A DNA stretch of 64,000 nt from the human T2T-CHM13v2.0 reference genome, Homo sapiens. The notes below the pieces were generated by a model, which did no database searches, was not told the origin of the DNA, and was given only the letters and a program-made list of their open reading frames with translations. Both the position numbers and the translations under genes were made by a program. Location of the stretch: assembly GCF_009914755.1 (NCBI RefSeq), contig NC_060932.1. One strand, 5' to 3'. Of the stretch, positions 39,204 to 54,086 are shown in pieces; position 1 is the first letter of the stretch, and the number at the start of each line of letters is the position of its first letter.

Positions 39204-39340
39204 TAGGGTTGCCAGGCAACACAGGGATGTCAAATTCAATTTGACTTTCATCGTAAGTATGTCTTATGAAATATATGTTTATCTGAAATCTAGATTAACT
39301 AAGTATCCTGTATTTTTCTTTGCTAAATCCAGCAACCCCA
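39204..39340 (-). mobile_element. MER53 (hAT, palindromic MITE), internally decayed
   Basis: Terminal inverted repeats TAGGGTTGCCAG...CAGCAACCCCA; TTTATCTGAAAT..TCCTGTATTTT..TTTGCTAAATC. Confidence 0.8.
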
Positions 39341-40260
39341 TCCCTGATGTACACCCCAAGGATATATGTAGATCAAATGAAACACCAGGTCCCATTGTAG
39401 TAAGGAAATCAAGACAGCCTATAGATAAACTACTTATAGGCTAGTATTTTGGGACTCCAAGTAAGAGAACACCCAACTCAAAATGAACTAAGCAATGATG
39501 AAATGTATTATTTTACAACATGGAGTCTAACAGAGCATAGAGTCAGGGAGATACTCTACAGCAGGGCTCCAGCTTTATGTTTCTGTCATTCTTGTTAGAC
39601 TGCCCTTGTCTTTGTGCCAGAGTGATCCTCAACACATAGCAAGGTAGCTGCAGAAATTCCTAACATTATAACCAGAGCTGTAACTTCCAGAGTGAGCAGT
39701 GAAGCTATATCATATTGTATGTCTTTTGAAGAAGGAGACAACCATTTTCCAGAAGCACAATAGCAAAATTCCATTGAAGTTTCATTGCCTAGAATTGATA
39801 AAAGAAATGAGAGTACCATGATTGTTTTGTGCTAATCATTTGAGGGTAGAAGGATATTGAGAAGTAGTCCATGATTACCATTACAGTTCACCTCTTTAGC
39901 TAACCAATATCTACAAATATTTTTAGAAATTCTAACATCTACATAAACACATTCATATCTTTCCTGAAGAAAGACCAAAATCTCTTCTGTATCCAGATCC
40001 AAGTGTGAATTTCCTGGCTTATATATATTCCTCTCCATCAGGTTCAGATATTGCTCCTGGCAACCTAACGCTAAAAGATGAGGGATCTACCCCTAAAATA
40101 ACTGGTACAAAAAGGGCAGAAGGGACATGATAATAATATTAAATAAAATTCCCAATTGTAATAAAGGAAGAATGAGAAATTAAACTTGAGAGTCATTAGC
40201 CACACTATATATATTCTGTTGGAGAGACAAGATTTGATTCCCCAGGAAAATAATATGGTT

Positions 40261-40588
<328 letters not shown>

Positions 40589-41559
40589 AATAATATGATT
40601 TTTAATGAGCCAACCTGGCAGCATTGTTCTGTTCTGTGCATATAAATCCTTGTACATTTTCCCCTATGATCATACCTGAGGCAAGTGGTGTAAAGACAGA
40701 CATTGTAGAGAAGAGCTTCAACAAACCGTTTTAAGTAGCTGAAATTTTTATGGCAAGGATACTTCCACCGGAAAATGCAGTTCTCATAAAAATTTATTAG
40801 GTTTCAGGTATTTTTGCTTCCAGTCCACAATTAAAGAACTTGATTTACCTGTGATCTTTGAATATGTAAATGCCTGTTTCTGGCTATGCACTTCTGTGTC
40901 CTTCCCTTCTCTGTTGGCCCCAGATGAGTAGCCTCCGCCCTGAAGGAATGTGAAATAATTGTCTTTGGTGGAGAGGCACCACAAATAATCTAATCTTTTT
41001 CTTAGGATTGGCCTCTTTTCCAAAAAAGAATGACTAATAGGAGGGACTTGAATGAAATCCCACTATGGTAACCTGAAAAACTGCTGTCTCTCTGTTGACA
41101 TTTAGGTTAACTTTAGCTAGGAATAGAGAATTTGGCTATTCTACCCATCAGTGGACTTGGTTGTAGATCAAAGATACAACTTTTCTTAAAGTCACATAAG
41201 TCATGTTTCTCTCTATGTGCATTTGATTTGACCATATTCAGCTAAATCTTTTCTTTTAGGAATGTGCCAGTAGCATTGGGCAACAACACATCATTTCAAT
41301 ATTTCAAACTTTCCCTGTGGCTTTCCTAACACTAGAATCTGTATGGAAAATGATCTAAGTCCCAATGTACAATAGGCAACAGTTTAAAAGAATGTTGGCA
41401 AATGCTTCACCCATGGTCACCCACTTCCTAGCCTAGAATAGGTGGATCTTTTAGAGTAGGGAATTCTCTCTTCTCTCCCCTCTACTCCCTCCACTCAGCA
41501 AATATACCTTTTAGGGTATGTTCGGTATTCCCTTGAGCACTCTCCATTTTCCCACATTC

Positions 41560-41970
41560 TGTATCACTTAGGAAGCCTTCAACATAAGTAACAAAATACT
41601 ATTTCAAATTGGCTTAAATAAGGAAATACATTTATCTCATACAACTAGAATTCCAGACGTAGGGCAATGCCAAGTTTGGATATAAGGACACCAGTTGCCC
41701 TTCTCCATCATGTTTTTGGCTGTGCTCTTCTTTAAGGGTGGCAGCTTCATGCTCTGGCTTATTTCAATAGTGCCAGGCATTACTTTAAGACAGTAGAATG
41801 TTCTCCAAAATCAGAAAGTAGTTTATCTTTCCTCTGTTTCCTTACTAAAGACAAGCAAGATGCCCAGAAACACTCTAGCAATCTTTCCTTCTTGTTTCAG
41901 TGGTCAGGATTTGTCACGCATGTATGCATGAGCCAGTCTCTGGAAAGAAAATGGGAAGGCATTGCTGTTC
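41560..41970 (-). mobile_element. Old MLT1 (J/K/L-like) LTR
   Basis: AAGTAACA.AA.AC..TCAAA.TGGCTTAAA.AA..TTTAT..CTCA.ACAACT.GAA.TCCAGA.GTAGG. Confidence 0.55.
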
Positions 41971-42959
41971 AGAGTAATTACTTGGGGTAATTATTACAAA
42001 CCCCAGTCATGTGTCAATGCACTAAAATGTGATGCAGTGACAGAAATGTTCTTTGTAGAGATGAAGCAGTGTTGCTGGTGATGTCTTTCTCCACCCTAGT
42101 ACTAATTTTCCTACACCTTATTAGTTGCAGAAAAACGTGTTATTGTTTTAGATGACTTTCTGGTCCTTTTAAGCAGAATTTAGAAATAGACAGGAATTAG
42201 TATGCACTGATATTGCTATCTTACACATGTCACCTCATTTTTAAAAAAATCTGCAATAATAAATCCAAATTCTGAAGCACATTTTTGGTGGCAAGATAGC
42301 TTAATGAAACTTTTTTTAAAATTCACAAAATATGTCTTTTGGGATTTAGGAAAAATAAGGCAATATAAAACTTCAGAAGTAAGTTTCCAACTGTAAAGAA
42401 AGAACAAAGATGAAGTCTTAAGGGGCCTTCCAATCTATAAAAGTAATTATTTTCCCTGGTAAGCTATAGTCTCTACTCTGAGACATGTGAGATGTTTTTC
42501 TCAAATTTTATTTGGCATTAGCTTCACTTCCACCATGCTTCACATACTGCATATCAGTCCAAGGCATTGAGACCTTTTCTACTTGATGTAGCAGGGGCAG
42601 CCCCTCCAGGTTGCAAGGCAGTAGGCCAAATATCTGTCTGAGTTATGAAGACATCTAAAGTGTGGAGGGTTATAAGTGCCCACCTCCAAAGCTGGTAATA
42701 AACATCCTTTGATAAAAAGTGCCCATTTCACTCTCGACACATCTAAAGTCCCTTTTTATAAAAAGACAAAAACTCAATGGGCTTGCAACATTGTATGCAA
42801 TGGGAGGCCCTGATGTGTTTTATGAACAGATTGTTGAAGATGTACCTGAAAATGTAGTCCTCAGGCTCCAGCTTTTTCTCTAAACAGAACCTCTCTCCCT
42901 TATGTAAATCATACTTTAATCAAGTGAATTACCCCCCCCCCCCCCAGCCATAATGCACA

Positions 42960-43230
42960 CAATACACATTTCTTGAGTGTGTAACATGTGACATGTGCTA
43001 TTCTGGGCACCAGGAATACAGAGATGAGAAAAAAAGAGGCTGATTGGCTCTCAAAGAACTCACAATCTAGTAAGAAAAACACCAGCCATGCTGACAAATA
43101 ATTGCATTAGAAGAGGGCCGGTGCTATAACAGAGCTTTGCAGAGACAAACAAGGGACAGAGAAGACAGTGGTCAGGGAAAGCGCCACTCAGATAATAGCT
43201 CTACCTTATCTGAGCCTTGAAGGATGATAA
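42960..43230 (-). mobile_element. L2 3' fragment
   Basis: ATTT.TTGAG..CATGTGC..CTGGGCAC.AGG.ATACAGAGATGA..CTCTCAA.GA.CTCACA.TCTAGT. Confidence 0.65.
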
Positions 43231-43964
43231 AGAGTTGTCCAACCTTTTTGCTTCCCAGTACTTTGATTTTACCTCTATCTTAGGACCTGTATTCTGTATG
43301 AATGCACTCCTGGTATGCGTCTGCCTGAACGAGAGTGCAAGCATCTCAAAAGCTGATTACATCGCTTATTCATCAGTTTTACGCCCCGGGCTTCTTACCA
43401 AACTAGATTCCTAGAAGGGGTCAATGCATGTCTGTTGTGTCAATGTATGTCAGTCTTGGACCACAACTCTCTTTCTGGTCAATTCAAATTCAACATATTT
43501 AATGTAAAAGTAATCTCCTCACATTAAACTCTCTCTCTGATTTGCCAGTTTCTATCAATAATTTAGTTTCTTTCCACGTCATCATGAATCAAAAAATCTC
43601 TGAATTATATTTGATTCCTTCATCTACTTTATGCCTACATCTAATTACCTAAGACATCTTATTGATTGTCCTTTCATGGTTTCTATCTTGTGCTTCTGCC
43701 ATTGTAGAATGCTACTTGAAGTCACTTCTGATGCTATGTTTATTTACATAGACTTCCAATTTCTCCCATTCTTACATACTTTTCCTTGAATTTCATCCGG
43801 AAACTCACTGCTATGTTTAAGGACTTCCACTTCTGACTCTATTTGCCATCTACCCAAACAAAACGAAAAGATATTCCTATGAAATACCCTTTTTACAAAT
43901 CAGATATATTTTCCTCATAGCGAAAGATAAAGGGAGAGGACTAGAAAAAAATTGTCATCCTTTG

Positions 43965-44460
43965 GTATATTATCTATTGCTGCATAACATTTTACAGCAC
44001 ACTTAACAACTTAAAACAACACACATTAATTATACCACAGCTCCTGTGGATCAGGAGCTTGAGTGGGTTCTCTACTTCAGGGTCTCCCAGACTGCAATCA
44101 AGGTTTCAGCTGGGCTAGAGTCTTATTATCTGAGGCTCGGGGTCCTCACCAAGATTATGTGCTTGTGTTTGTTGGAAGAATTCTGTTCTTTGAAATTGGA
44201 GGACTGAAGCCCTCAACTCCTGCAGGCTGCCCACAGTTTCTGGCCATGTGTCCTTCTCCATAGGCAGCTCACAACATAAAGGCTTGCTGCTTTCAGGGCA
44301 GCAAGAGAGAAGAGAGAGTCTTCTCGGAGTCATATATGTATACACATTGTATTATAATCATGGGAGTAACATCCCATCACCTTTACCACATAATATAATA
44401 TAATCACAACATTTACAGGTCACAGTTCTCACCCACACTCAAGGGGAGGGCATTACATAG
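43965..44460 (-). mobile_element. MLT1E-like MaLR LTR
   Basis: TATTGCTGCATAACA..CTTAAAACAACA..CACAG.T.CTGTGG.TCAGGA..CCATAGGCAGCTCACAACAT. Confidence 0.8.
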
Positions 44461-46329
44461 AAGCAGGGTAATCAACAGTCTCAATTCATTTTTGATATTT
44501 GATTGGAGACATGCCTCACCTCTCCTCTTTCCCTTCTGCTTGCATCTGTGTCACCTGAAAAGAAAGCCTGGGTACTTCTTCCTTTGGAGCCAGTGGAGGT
44601 TCACTCCACACAAACCCTGCTGTGTGTGGGAACCTTAACCCCAGCCACACTCTCTGACAACCATAACAACCCCCATTCAAGTCTCTTTTCCCTGTTCTCT
44701 TAGGCCATGTTTGGACCAGGATGGGAAGCTAGCCTTACACAAGAAATAAGACCTTCCATGCTGTCTGTGTGTGTGTGCGTGTGTGTGTGTATGTGTGTTT
44801 GTGTGTGATCATGTCTTGATATCTGAACCAAATTTGGGGGAGGGAGTAAATCCATCCTTTTTCCACAGAGCATTTAAATCAGACATGAAAATCAAGAGGT
44901 GGGCATCATGGGCAGACCCCTACTATTCACCACACCAGGTTTCATGTTGCCACAAGTGGAAATAACACATACTCCATCTGCTAAAAGCCATGTTCAGTCC
45001 TTGTGTTATGGGAGGTATAGGAACCAAGTTACCACAAGAATCTGCCTTGCTGCTATGAAAATATGTTGGATAACTATGGATACAAGAAAAACACATTTCT
45101 AGGATTTCATATTTTTAGACATTGGTAGGAAAAATCACAAACTTAGTTATATATGCAATTGACAAAGAATAATTTAAAAATGAAAAGGTAATGAGAAAGT
45201 TTTAAATATTTAAGTAGCATGAAATATGCGTACAAATGTGTCACAGGTAAAAATAGAAAGTAGGCTAAACGTAGCAAGAAAAACATGATTACATTTGCAT
45301 CGCTACTATTAAAAAAAAATGCAGTGTTATTGTGTCCCCAGCTGTACCTGGTCATAAGAAAAATACAAATGAGATTTTTTTCATCCCCATCTCCACACAA
45401 GGAGTCCAAGTCCTTTAATTTTTATTCTGTGAAACACCAGTATCTAGAACGAGGAACTTTGGATGTCCATTGGCAGTGGGTCACTGGAAAGGAGGTAAAA
45501 TATATATTGGAGAAGAACCAGTAATCATCATTACAAGCCCCTTCATCGTCAATCCCAGTGCTTGTAAGAGGAAAATTCAGCCCTTTCTTCCACTTTGAGA
45601 AATCAAGCCCTGTTTCTCTTTTCTAGGATAGTCCCACCTTCCCACTACCCTTGTCTTTTTAGTCTTTGATTACCAAAAATATGCCTCCATAAATACTTAC
45701 GTGCGTCTTTCTGACTTGTGCTTGGATATGTATTTTTTGAGTCTTTTTTTCTATTTCAATATTGGCTTGAGAAAGCAAAGACTGCCCTCCCCTACCCCAC
45801 TACCACTAGAGAGTAGAAAGGAGGAACAAAAACACAGAAAGTACAACAATTAATATTTCCAGCTATAATTCTGCCTCCAAAAATATATTTGTTTTAAGGT
45901 AGATACTCTTCCTAAAACAATGATAAAATCTCCACTAGTTAAAAATACTTGAATGAAGCCAAGGAATTTGAATATTCCAGCTGTATGGGAAGCTTATAGT
46001 GAGCAGGGGCCATGTTTTATTTTTCTTTACAATTACAGTGTTCATGATGGTGCCAGGCACTACGGCACTTTTTAATTAATTAGAAGAGATGTTCTTATCT
46101 ATGCTAATATACCAAAATTATTTATCCTTTGATTTGTGAAATAGATTCACTACGCAAACCTTAAAACTGCATTTATTTTCAAAGAAAAAGTTTTAAAAAA
46201 AGTCTTCCATTGGTGGTGTGTAGGAAGTGATAGATTAATTTTTATCTTTTGCTGAGTAATTTGTTAACATGGTATGTTGACTGTGACTCTACCACCCAAT
46301 ATTCAGCTTTCCTCTGTTACAAGGTTCTA

Positions 46330-46970
46330 TCAGTTAGGTATTGCTGCAAAACAATCCACCTTAAGACTCAGTTATTAAACGGAAGATTATTTATTATTAA
46401 ATCTCATGAGTCACAAGGCTTGGTGTTGGTTGATCTTGACTGGTCTTACTCATGTTTCTGCAGGTTAGTGTTACTCCATGTGCCTCTCATCCTCCCTCTA
46501 AAAGTTGAAGGGTAGCCCAGGCATATCCTTCTTGTGGTGATGACAGAGTCTGTAAAGAGCAAAGTTTTTCAAACTCAACTCTATTGATGTTTTAGGTTGA
46601 ATATTTTTTGTTGTAAAGAGTTATTCTATCATAGGATGTTCCACAGGATCTTGGGCCAGTACCCACTGGGTGCCAGTAGAATCCCCCAAGTTGTGGCCAA
46701 AAATGCTCCCAGATATTGCCAAATTCCCCTAGGGAAAAAGCTGCCCCTAGTTGAGAACCACTTTTCTAGAGTACAAGCAGAAATACACAAGGTTCATGAG
46801 TCCTGGGCTTGCAGCAGGCATACCGTCACTTCTACCTCATTCCGTTGGCTAAAGCAAGTTACATGGAGAACCCAGTCAAGCAAAGCAACAGGGCACCCAA
46901 CTCATAGTGAAGTTATAACACATGAGAAGGAACACCAATACAGGAAAGTAAGAAGAATTGAGCTATTAAA
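46330..46970 (-). mobile_element. Old MLT1 LTR interrupted by MER20
   Basis: TATCAGTTAG.TATTGCTG..AAACAA.CCACC..CACTTC..CCTCATTC..TTGG.AAAGCAAGT.ACATGG. Confidence 0.65.
46560..46763 (+). mobile_element. MER20 (hAT-Charlie)
   Basis: TACCCACT.G.TGCCAGTAG..CCAAAAATG.T.CCAGA.ATTGCCAAAT..GTTGAGAACCACT. Confidence 0.85.
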
Positions 46971-47487
46971 ACAATAAATTTATTTCAACAGTTATGAGTT
47001 CAAGAACTTTACTCTGGTATAGACTTTCTTCCAAGACTAAAATAACGTTTTCTATAATTTGTGATCTTATTAGATAGAACAAGCTCCCAGGACTTAGATG
47101 CTGTACTACTACTCCTTCCTTTTTGGTCTGATTAGTTAAAATACCTACTAGACATAATAGGCATTGAACAAATAAAATAATATCAACACCTTTATACATT
47201 AGGTTTTCTCAATATAATACACAAAGTAATCAAATCGAAAAATTCTTTATGCTGTAAAGTTCTATAAATACTAATAGTAATTTCTTACCTAAAATTGTAT
47301 ATTCACAAATAACCATGTATGTATACAGGGAAACATAGAATAGCTTGCTTCATGGTAGAACAATACAAATGCAGCATGTATACTCTGTGAAGGAGAGCTG
47401 TACATGTGTGTTATACAGTAAATGATGCAATTTAAGACCTAAAAATTTCCAATTGAGAAACAAAAACAGGTTGTAAATGTTGGTTAA

Positions 47488-47787
<300 letters not shown>

Positions 47788-48726
47788 GTTAATACTTTTT
47801 AAAAAGAGAAACAACTATGTTTTAGGGGGAAGAACACACTGAAACTGATTCTATTTATATGCTTAGGTAACCCTGAGCAAAGTCACTTGTTTGAGATCTA
47901 TAGCATGGAGCCATCAAGTATACTAGGCTGAATCGTATTAAATTTGCCAATATTCAATTGCTTTTGTTTATCTTCAAACATAGCAATTTCATGTGGTTCA
48001 AATTAGCAGATAATAATACTAGCCCCACAATGTTGTTCAGAGGGTTAAAAGAGTCAACATTAATTGATTTTTAACCAAACTAATACATAAACAATGGTAA
48101 ATAATCAGAGAAATATAGAAATCCACGATGTCAATACAGAACAAAGCAAAGGCACAACAGCATCTTCTGGGAAGCATCTGCTCCATTTTAATAAGTTTGA
48201 TCTAATTCCAAATTATAAAAATGAGATTGCACAAAAATTAGAGAGTTGCTAACAACAGTTGGAGGTGGTGAGGAAAGGGAAAAAGAAGAAGAAAGAAAAT
48301 TTCCTTTAAAAATAGAACAAAAAAATAGCACAAAAGAGATTAAAAAGAAATTGGGGCCTGTTATTCTTAAATATTCCTGGGAGTGGGAGGGGATGAATCT
48401 ATTATTGTTTTCTGACTCTCTAAAGCAATCAAACCTTATCCTGGAAGTGAAATACAAAGACTAAAATGTTTTCTTTTGAAGCTGGATAAAAGATGAATCA
48501 TGCTTTGAGGCAAGTTTCCTAAAAGAAGATTTTAGAAAATGAAGTGATAAAAAGGCAGTATGAACACAAGTTTTTATTAAATTCCTTCCTAATTATAAGA
48601 TAAGATGGCTCAGTTGTGAGTCAGTTGGCCACTGTGTGTTATATAGTTATGCTTATTTTAAGAAGAGTAAAATAATATATTTCCTTTAAAAGCAATAAAG
48701 AGTAAACACTGCAATACTTAAATTGT

Positions 48727-48905
48727 GGTTCCAAAACCCAGTTATTCACCAGAATTATTTGGAGTCCTTTCTTAAAATTAAAAAATAGAGCATAGAGACT
48801 CCACCCTAGCAGACAAAATGAAAATCTCTGGGCTTGAGGTTTAGAAATTTGATTTTTCCAGAAGCTTCAAAATTTATTTTGATCACTTACATTTGAAAGA
48901 AGCTG
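48727..48905. mobile_element. MER5A-like fragment
   Basis: GTGGTTC.CAAA..CAGAAT.A..TGGAG..AATCTCTGGG..TGATTTT..AAGCT.C..TTTGA.A. Confidence 0.5.
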
Positions 48906-50465
48906 AGCTAAAACCTATATCTTATTGTTCTTTTTCATTTATTTAAATTGATCTTATTTTCACACACCAGAGGCCAGGTGTTTTTTAAGATTCTCATGCC
49001 TATGTTCTGCTATTCTGCAAGTAAAACTTTATGTCTTGTCTTCTTCATACTCTGAGGTTCTGCCTGACATTGTTAATAACCAACTACTTTACTTAAAAAA
49101 ACCAACTCGTTGGTTTCAAGATGTGCTTGAGAGTACCATTCATAATAGAGAAAAAGTATTGAAAACAAATATGTGAACTGTGTTTACATCGTTTGTCTAA
49201 AATATGCAGGTATCCAGAACATTGTACAATGCCTAAAAACATTCAATAAGTGGTATTAATTAATGTTATTCTTTTTAGATGACAAAAGAGAATATTTATG
49301 ATGTCACTCCCTGAAACACTGGGCCCTCTCCCTGTGCTCATCCATTTCAGAACCCTTTGGGTCCCCCATAGGAAGTGGGAATTATTGTGTTCCTATGGAG
49401 AACTCAAAAAGGTGCATGTTGCAGATTCACATAAATTTGGAAGGCTTTCAGAAGGAAGCTAAACCAAAGCCCTTAATTTATAAAGACAAATTATTGAAAT
49501 TTTTAGAGAAAGAAAATCTATAGTAAAATGGTCTGCTGGATTTAAGCCATTTATGCTTTTCTTTCTGATTAATCCCAGATCAGACTAGCTAAAAAAGACT
49601 GAATCTTGGTTGAGGCAAAGAAAAAAATCCTGACTTTAGTCACAGGAATTTCACTTCTCAGCTTTATTTGAAAAAAAAAAAAAAATCTGGACATGAGATC
49701 AGAGATATAGGTAAAAGATATTCATCAAACATTTAAGAACAAAAGTATAATTGGAAATAAAGTCCCAAAAAGAGAGAATAAGACAAATCATAATATACCC
49801 AAACAATGAGATACATTGTAGTCACTAAAAGTGGCAATTACAAGAAATGTTAATAATATAAAAATATTTCCTATGTAATATTAAGTAAAAACAGCAAGTA
49901 CAGAAATGTACTTAGTACTACGGTAATTTTACCTAAAAATAAACAGTTAAATTAATAAACACCATAACAGCAGATTAAATATACATGCATAAAAATCAGA
50001 ATAAAATTAATTTTAAAATGCAATTGCTATTATTTCTAGATGATGGATTATTTCTGGTTGATAGATTTGTATTTTTTTCTCTTTATAATTCTTTATTTTC
50101 CAGTTATTTGGTAATAAGCATTTGTTACACTTATTATCGGAAGCAAAATGGTTTTAAAGAACAAAAATAAAATAGAACATAAACGAACGAAAGAGTCACA
50201 GCATAACTCCTTCTTAGGCAAATGGAATGGATTTTATACGTACATGCGTCTGTTGACATTTCCCTAAGGTACATTATCATTTGTCGCTCCTCCTAAAGCT
50301 GAATTTCCTACATTCTAAGTATTTCATCTTTCATGATGATTTCTTTAACTCAAGCCAAGAGAATTGGACCAAGTTATTAAGAATATAAAAATGAGTTTTT
50401 CATTTCTCACTTCCTAAGCTCAGCTTTAAACACCTTTAGTGTGAGATACTTACAGAAGTTAAGTA

Positions 50466-50811
50466 CAGTAATGTGTCACTTAACAATAGAGAATCCTCTT
50501 GAGAAATGTGTTGTTAGGTGACTTCATCATTGCGCAAACATTACAGAGTGTACTTACATAGACCTAGATGGTGTAACCTATTACACACCTAGGCTATATG
50601 GTCTAGCCTACTGTTCCTGGCTACAAACCTGGGCAGCACGTTACTGGACTGAATACTGCAGCCACCTATAACACAATGGTAAGTATTAATGTATCCAACA
50701 CATCTAAACATAGAAAAGATATGGTAAAAATACAGTGTTATAATCTTACAAAGCCACCATCACATATGCAGTTTGTTGTTTTCCCAAACGTTGTTATGTG
50801 ATGCATGACTG
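50466..50811 (+). mobile_element. Tigger3a (TcMar-Tigger) MITE
   Basis: CAGTAATGTGTCAC.TAAC...GTTATGTG.TGCATGACTG terminal inverted repeats with TA TSDs (50464-50465, 50812-50813); CACACCTAGGCTATATGGT core. Confidence 0.9.
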
Positions 50812-53042
50812 TAGTTGCATTGAAAAAAAAGGTCGTCCTCAAGAAAGATGATAGGAGTGGAGGCGCAGCCCTGGGAGCCATCTGCGAGAGGTAGTGGTTG
50901 AGAACAAGAAGCAGGTAAGATCAGCCACAAAAAGCCTTCCAGTCAAGAGGAGAAGGCAAAAGCCGAACCCTGAGAACTGCTAACCCTCAGAAAGAGGTGA
51001 GAAAGAAAAACAAAATAATCAAGGAGACTGTGGAATTGAGAGACTGCAAGGCAAAATGGGTGAGAAAGGTGTACTGGAGGTGGAAGAGGAGTTGTCAAAA
51101 ATGGCTTCACTGAGGAGGGAGATATGATTAGATCAGTCGAAGAAAGCATTAAGCGCAGTAAGTGGTATAAGCAGGAAAAAAGAGATGGAACTCTTTTTGA
51201 AGATGGAGACTTTGAAAATGGAAAAATGCATTGGAAATCAAATTGTGAAGGATGTCAAATTCCAGGTTAAAAAGTTGAGATTTTATTCTCTAGGATCTAA
51301 GAGCTGGAGTATTTAGTTATAGTGAGCCTGGATTTGATGTGAGAAAGAAAAAAGTCTCTTAAATTCTACAGCTGCCTTTTATGTATTCAGAAAAATGGTT
51401 AAAGGTCTAAGAATAGAGCTTTACTATGAGTAATATTCTACAGAGAAGATAATAAGAAATGCCATTCTGATATGGCAGGAGTGTGAGGGGAAACATTCAC
51501 GAGAAGATATTGCCTGGATCTCTGCAAAGGAGAGGAGGAAGTGATAGAAACAGAGACTTCAAATCACTTTAGAGAGTAGCCGAGAACCATGGCAGTTCTT
51601 TCACTTCTCTGACTCTTCCAAGATAGCACAAAGATATGGTGTCCAGGGGAATCCACCTAGGGCAGCACGGCCTGGCTAACTGCCTGTGTGCAGGTATCAG
51701 AATGGAGCCCTCATGCCACCAGGTGGAGTGCAGAGGTGTTGAAGGTCTGATGAATTCTGCAAATCCAGATTTAAGACCAGAGAATGGGGACGTAAAAGCT
51801 GGAAGTCTGAGGCAAGGATCACAGGTTTCAGCACGCTGTCTATCTAGAATCGCAAAATGTTGGGGCCACATCGCAGCAAACCCCAGTATGAGATGCTCAG
51901 AGACAGGAAAGAATATAGACATTGTGTATTCCTTAAGTCAGTATAGGCCCAAAGGAGGACAAGAGACCCCCTCTCCACCATCAAAATGACAGGTGAGCTT
52001 CCACCCTGACTGCGTTGCAATGTTGGGGAAGAGAAGGGAGAGATGAGACCGAGGAGAAAGAAATAGTCTTGAAATGGAGTTCAGAAGACAGTAAATTTTA
52101 TCACCAAGGAGTTGAAATTACCATTAATATTCCAATGGGGGAGGGGATGAACTGAGTGATGAGTTCAGTGAGTAAAACTAGGCAACCTTCGTGCTTAAAT
52201 ATTATGTATGTGAAACATCCTAACTGTAGTCATTTGCACATGGAAATGACTGGAAACAAATAGAAAGCTTTTGTGGAACTTGCTTTGCCAAGAAAACCCC
52301 AGGCCTGGCTGCAACAGCTTGTGATTTTTGAACCCCTAAATTCATCTCTAAGTCCACAAGTTGCATCCATAAAGAGACCTTAGAAAGCAGAGGAACCCCA
52401 AGAAAAGACATCTTCTCCTCAGCCTACCTCAGAAGAGGCAATAGAAGAAATGGACAAGCAGAAACCTCCCCTTCTGCCCTGCAACATGCACACAGAGAAG
52501 AATTAGAAGCTAGGAAAAATAAAGGATTAAGGAGGAAACCTAGAGAGAAGAACCAGGAGTTGCCAGATTTGCTCTCTGATGTGTTCTGTGTTTGGCACCT
52601 GCCCCGATTCCCTTCACCAGGCCCAGCTGCTGTGCTGTTGGCTGCCAATGTCTCCCAACTGTACCCCTTTCCAGAGACTTGCTCTCTGCCAGTTAAAGCC
52701 ACCTGACTCAGATGTCTGCGCAGTTACACAAAACCCAGTTGCTGAGTGCTGACCAGCAGCTAACAGCTCACTGATATTAGTATAAAAGCCCAGCCCTCTT
52801 GCTTCAGGGCAGGACAACTCCCTGGTACCATTCATACTCCCAAACTCCATATGGGATGAACTCTAGTCCACAGTTAGCTTATAGGTCACCAGATCATGAG
52901 GCACATCACCTGGAACACTGCCTTGCAATGAAGGTAAATCTATTCTATGTATGAAAAGAAGATGTGTATTGGTATCAGGTAACTGAACTGGTGTAGCATA
53001 AATGATTTTGCTGTTGCCTAATCAATGTCTACTCTTCCATTG

Positions 53043-53075
<33 letters not shown>

Positions 53076-53829
53076 CAGAAGCCTGATCTTGTTTGAAGTG
53101 GCAATTACACCATCTCTAGTTACATTCCCTACTCCACAGCAGTGAGGGAGCACTATATGACCTAGTTCTGGACAGTCATATAGAAGCAGAAGTCACAGGA
53201 CAAAGCTTCAGGGAAAACTTTAAACTGGAGGAGACACAAGTGGCATGAGCTTTTACCCCAGCTCCTTCCTGCTGCTGGAGGAAGAATAGTCATCTTACAC
53301 CAAGGGGACTACTATGAAATGAAAGCCACATCCTAAGAATGTCATGAAAACTTTGTAGGGTCACGGTATTGACCCTCACCTATTTAAGTCACTGTGTGTC
53401 AAATTTCTTGTACATCAAATGCAATCTTAATGCATAAGACACTCGAAAAATGATCAAGAATATAGTAAGGCAATTTACAAAAGAAATGCAAATTTTCAAT
53501 AATTAATACATTTTTCAAAGGTTTTGTTTTGGGGTAAGAGATGGACAAATATTAAAAATGTGGAAAAGTATAGAATATCAGAAAAGCTATAACCAAGCTG
53601 CTATTCATTCACACTGTTAAGAAGACACACTGACAGAACACTTCTGAAGGAAGGTTTAGTAATGTATCTATTCGTGAAACCATGCTTTCCAGATTTCTGG
53701 TGCAAGAAGGCAATCTAAATAAGTGCATTTATATTTTCTCCCACACAAAAGCTTTCTAAAATTACTGTGAAAGTCATTATTTACAAAATAATTGACTAGG
53801 CGAAAAAATCTAAAAGAATGTACAGATAA

Positions 53830-54085
53830 GCTGCATAAATGTCTTCTTTTGAGAAGTGTCTGTTTATATCCTTCACCCACTTTTTGATGGGGTTGTTTGT
53901 TTTTTTCTTGTAAATTTGTTTGAGTTCATTGTAGATTCTGGATATTAGCCCTTTGTCACATGAGTAGATTACAAAAATTTTCTCCCATTCTGTAGGTTGC
54001 CTGTTCACTCTGATGGTAGTTTCTTTTGCTGTGCAGAAGCTCTTTAGTTTAATTAGATTCCTTTTGTCAATTTTGGCTTTTGTTG
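53830..54085 (-). mobile_element. Inverted 5' segment of an L1PA4-like insertion (ORF2 fragment)
   Basis: Minus-strand peptide [66 protein letters not shown] is L1 ORF2. Confidence 0.96.
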
Positions 54086-54086
54086 T

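Noticed and set aside
39204-39340. MER53 as a miR-1302-like hairpin
   Set aside because: The central palindrome from which miR-1302 derives is deleted or decayed, and pairing is poor
42932-42945. C14 homopolymer
   Set aside because: Isolated mononucleotide run with no supporting context
51569-51989. Two antiparallel 117-aa ORFs followed by a CAG|GTGAGC donor
   Set aside because: No recognisable homology and no matching strong acceptor; probably chance or old LTR-derived sequence
53043-53070. Long poly(T) tract as a possible retrocopy tail
   Set aside because: Embedded in MLT1-like sequence with no TSD or attached retroposed body
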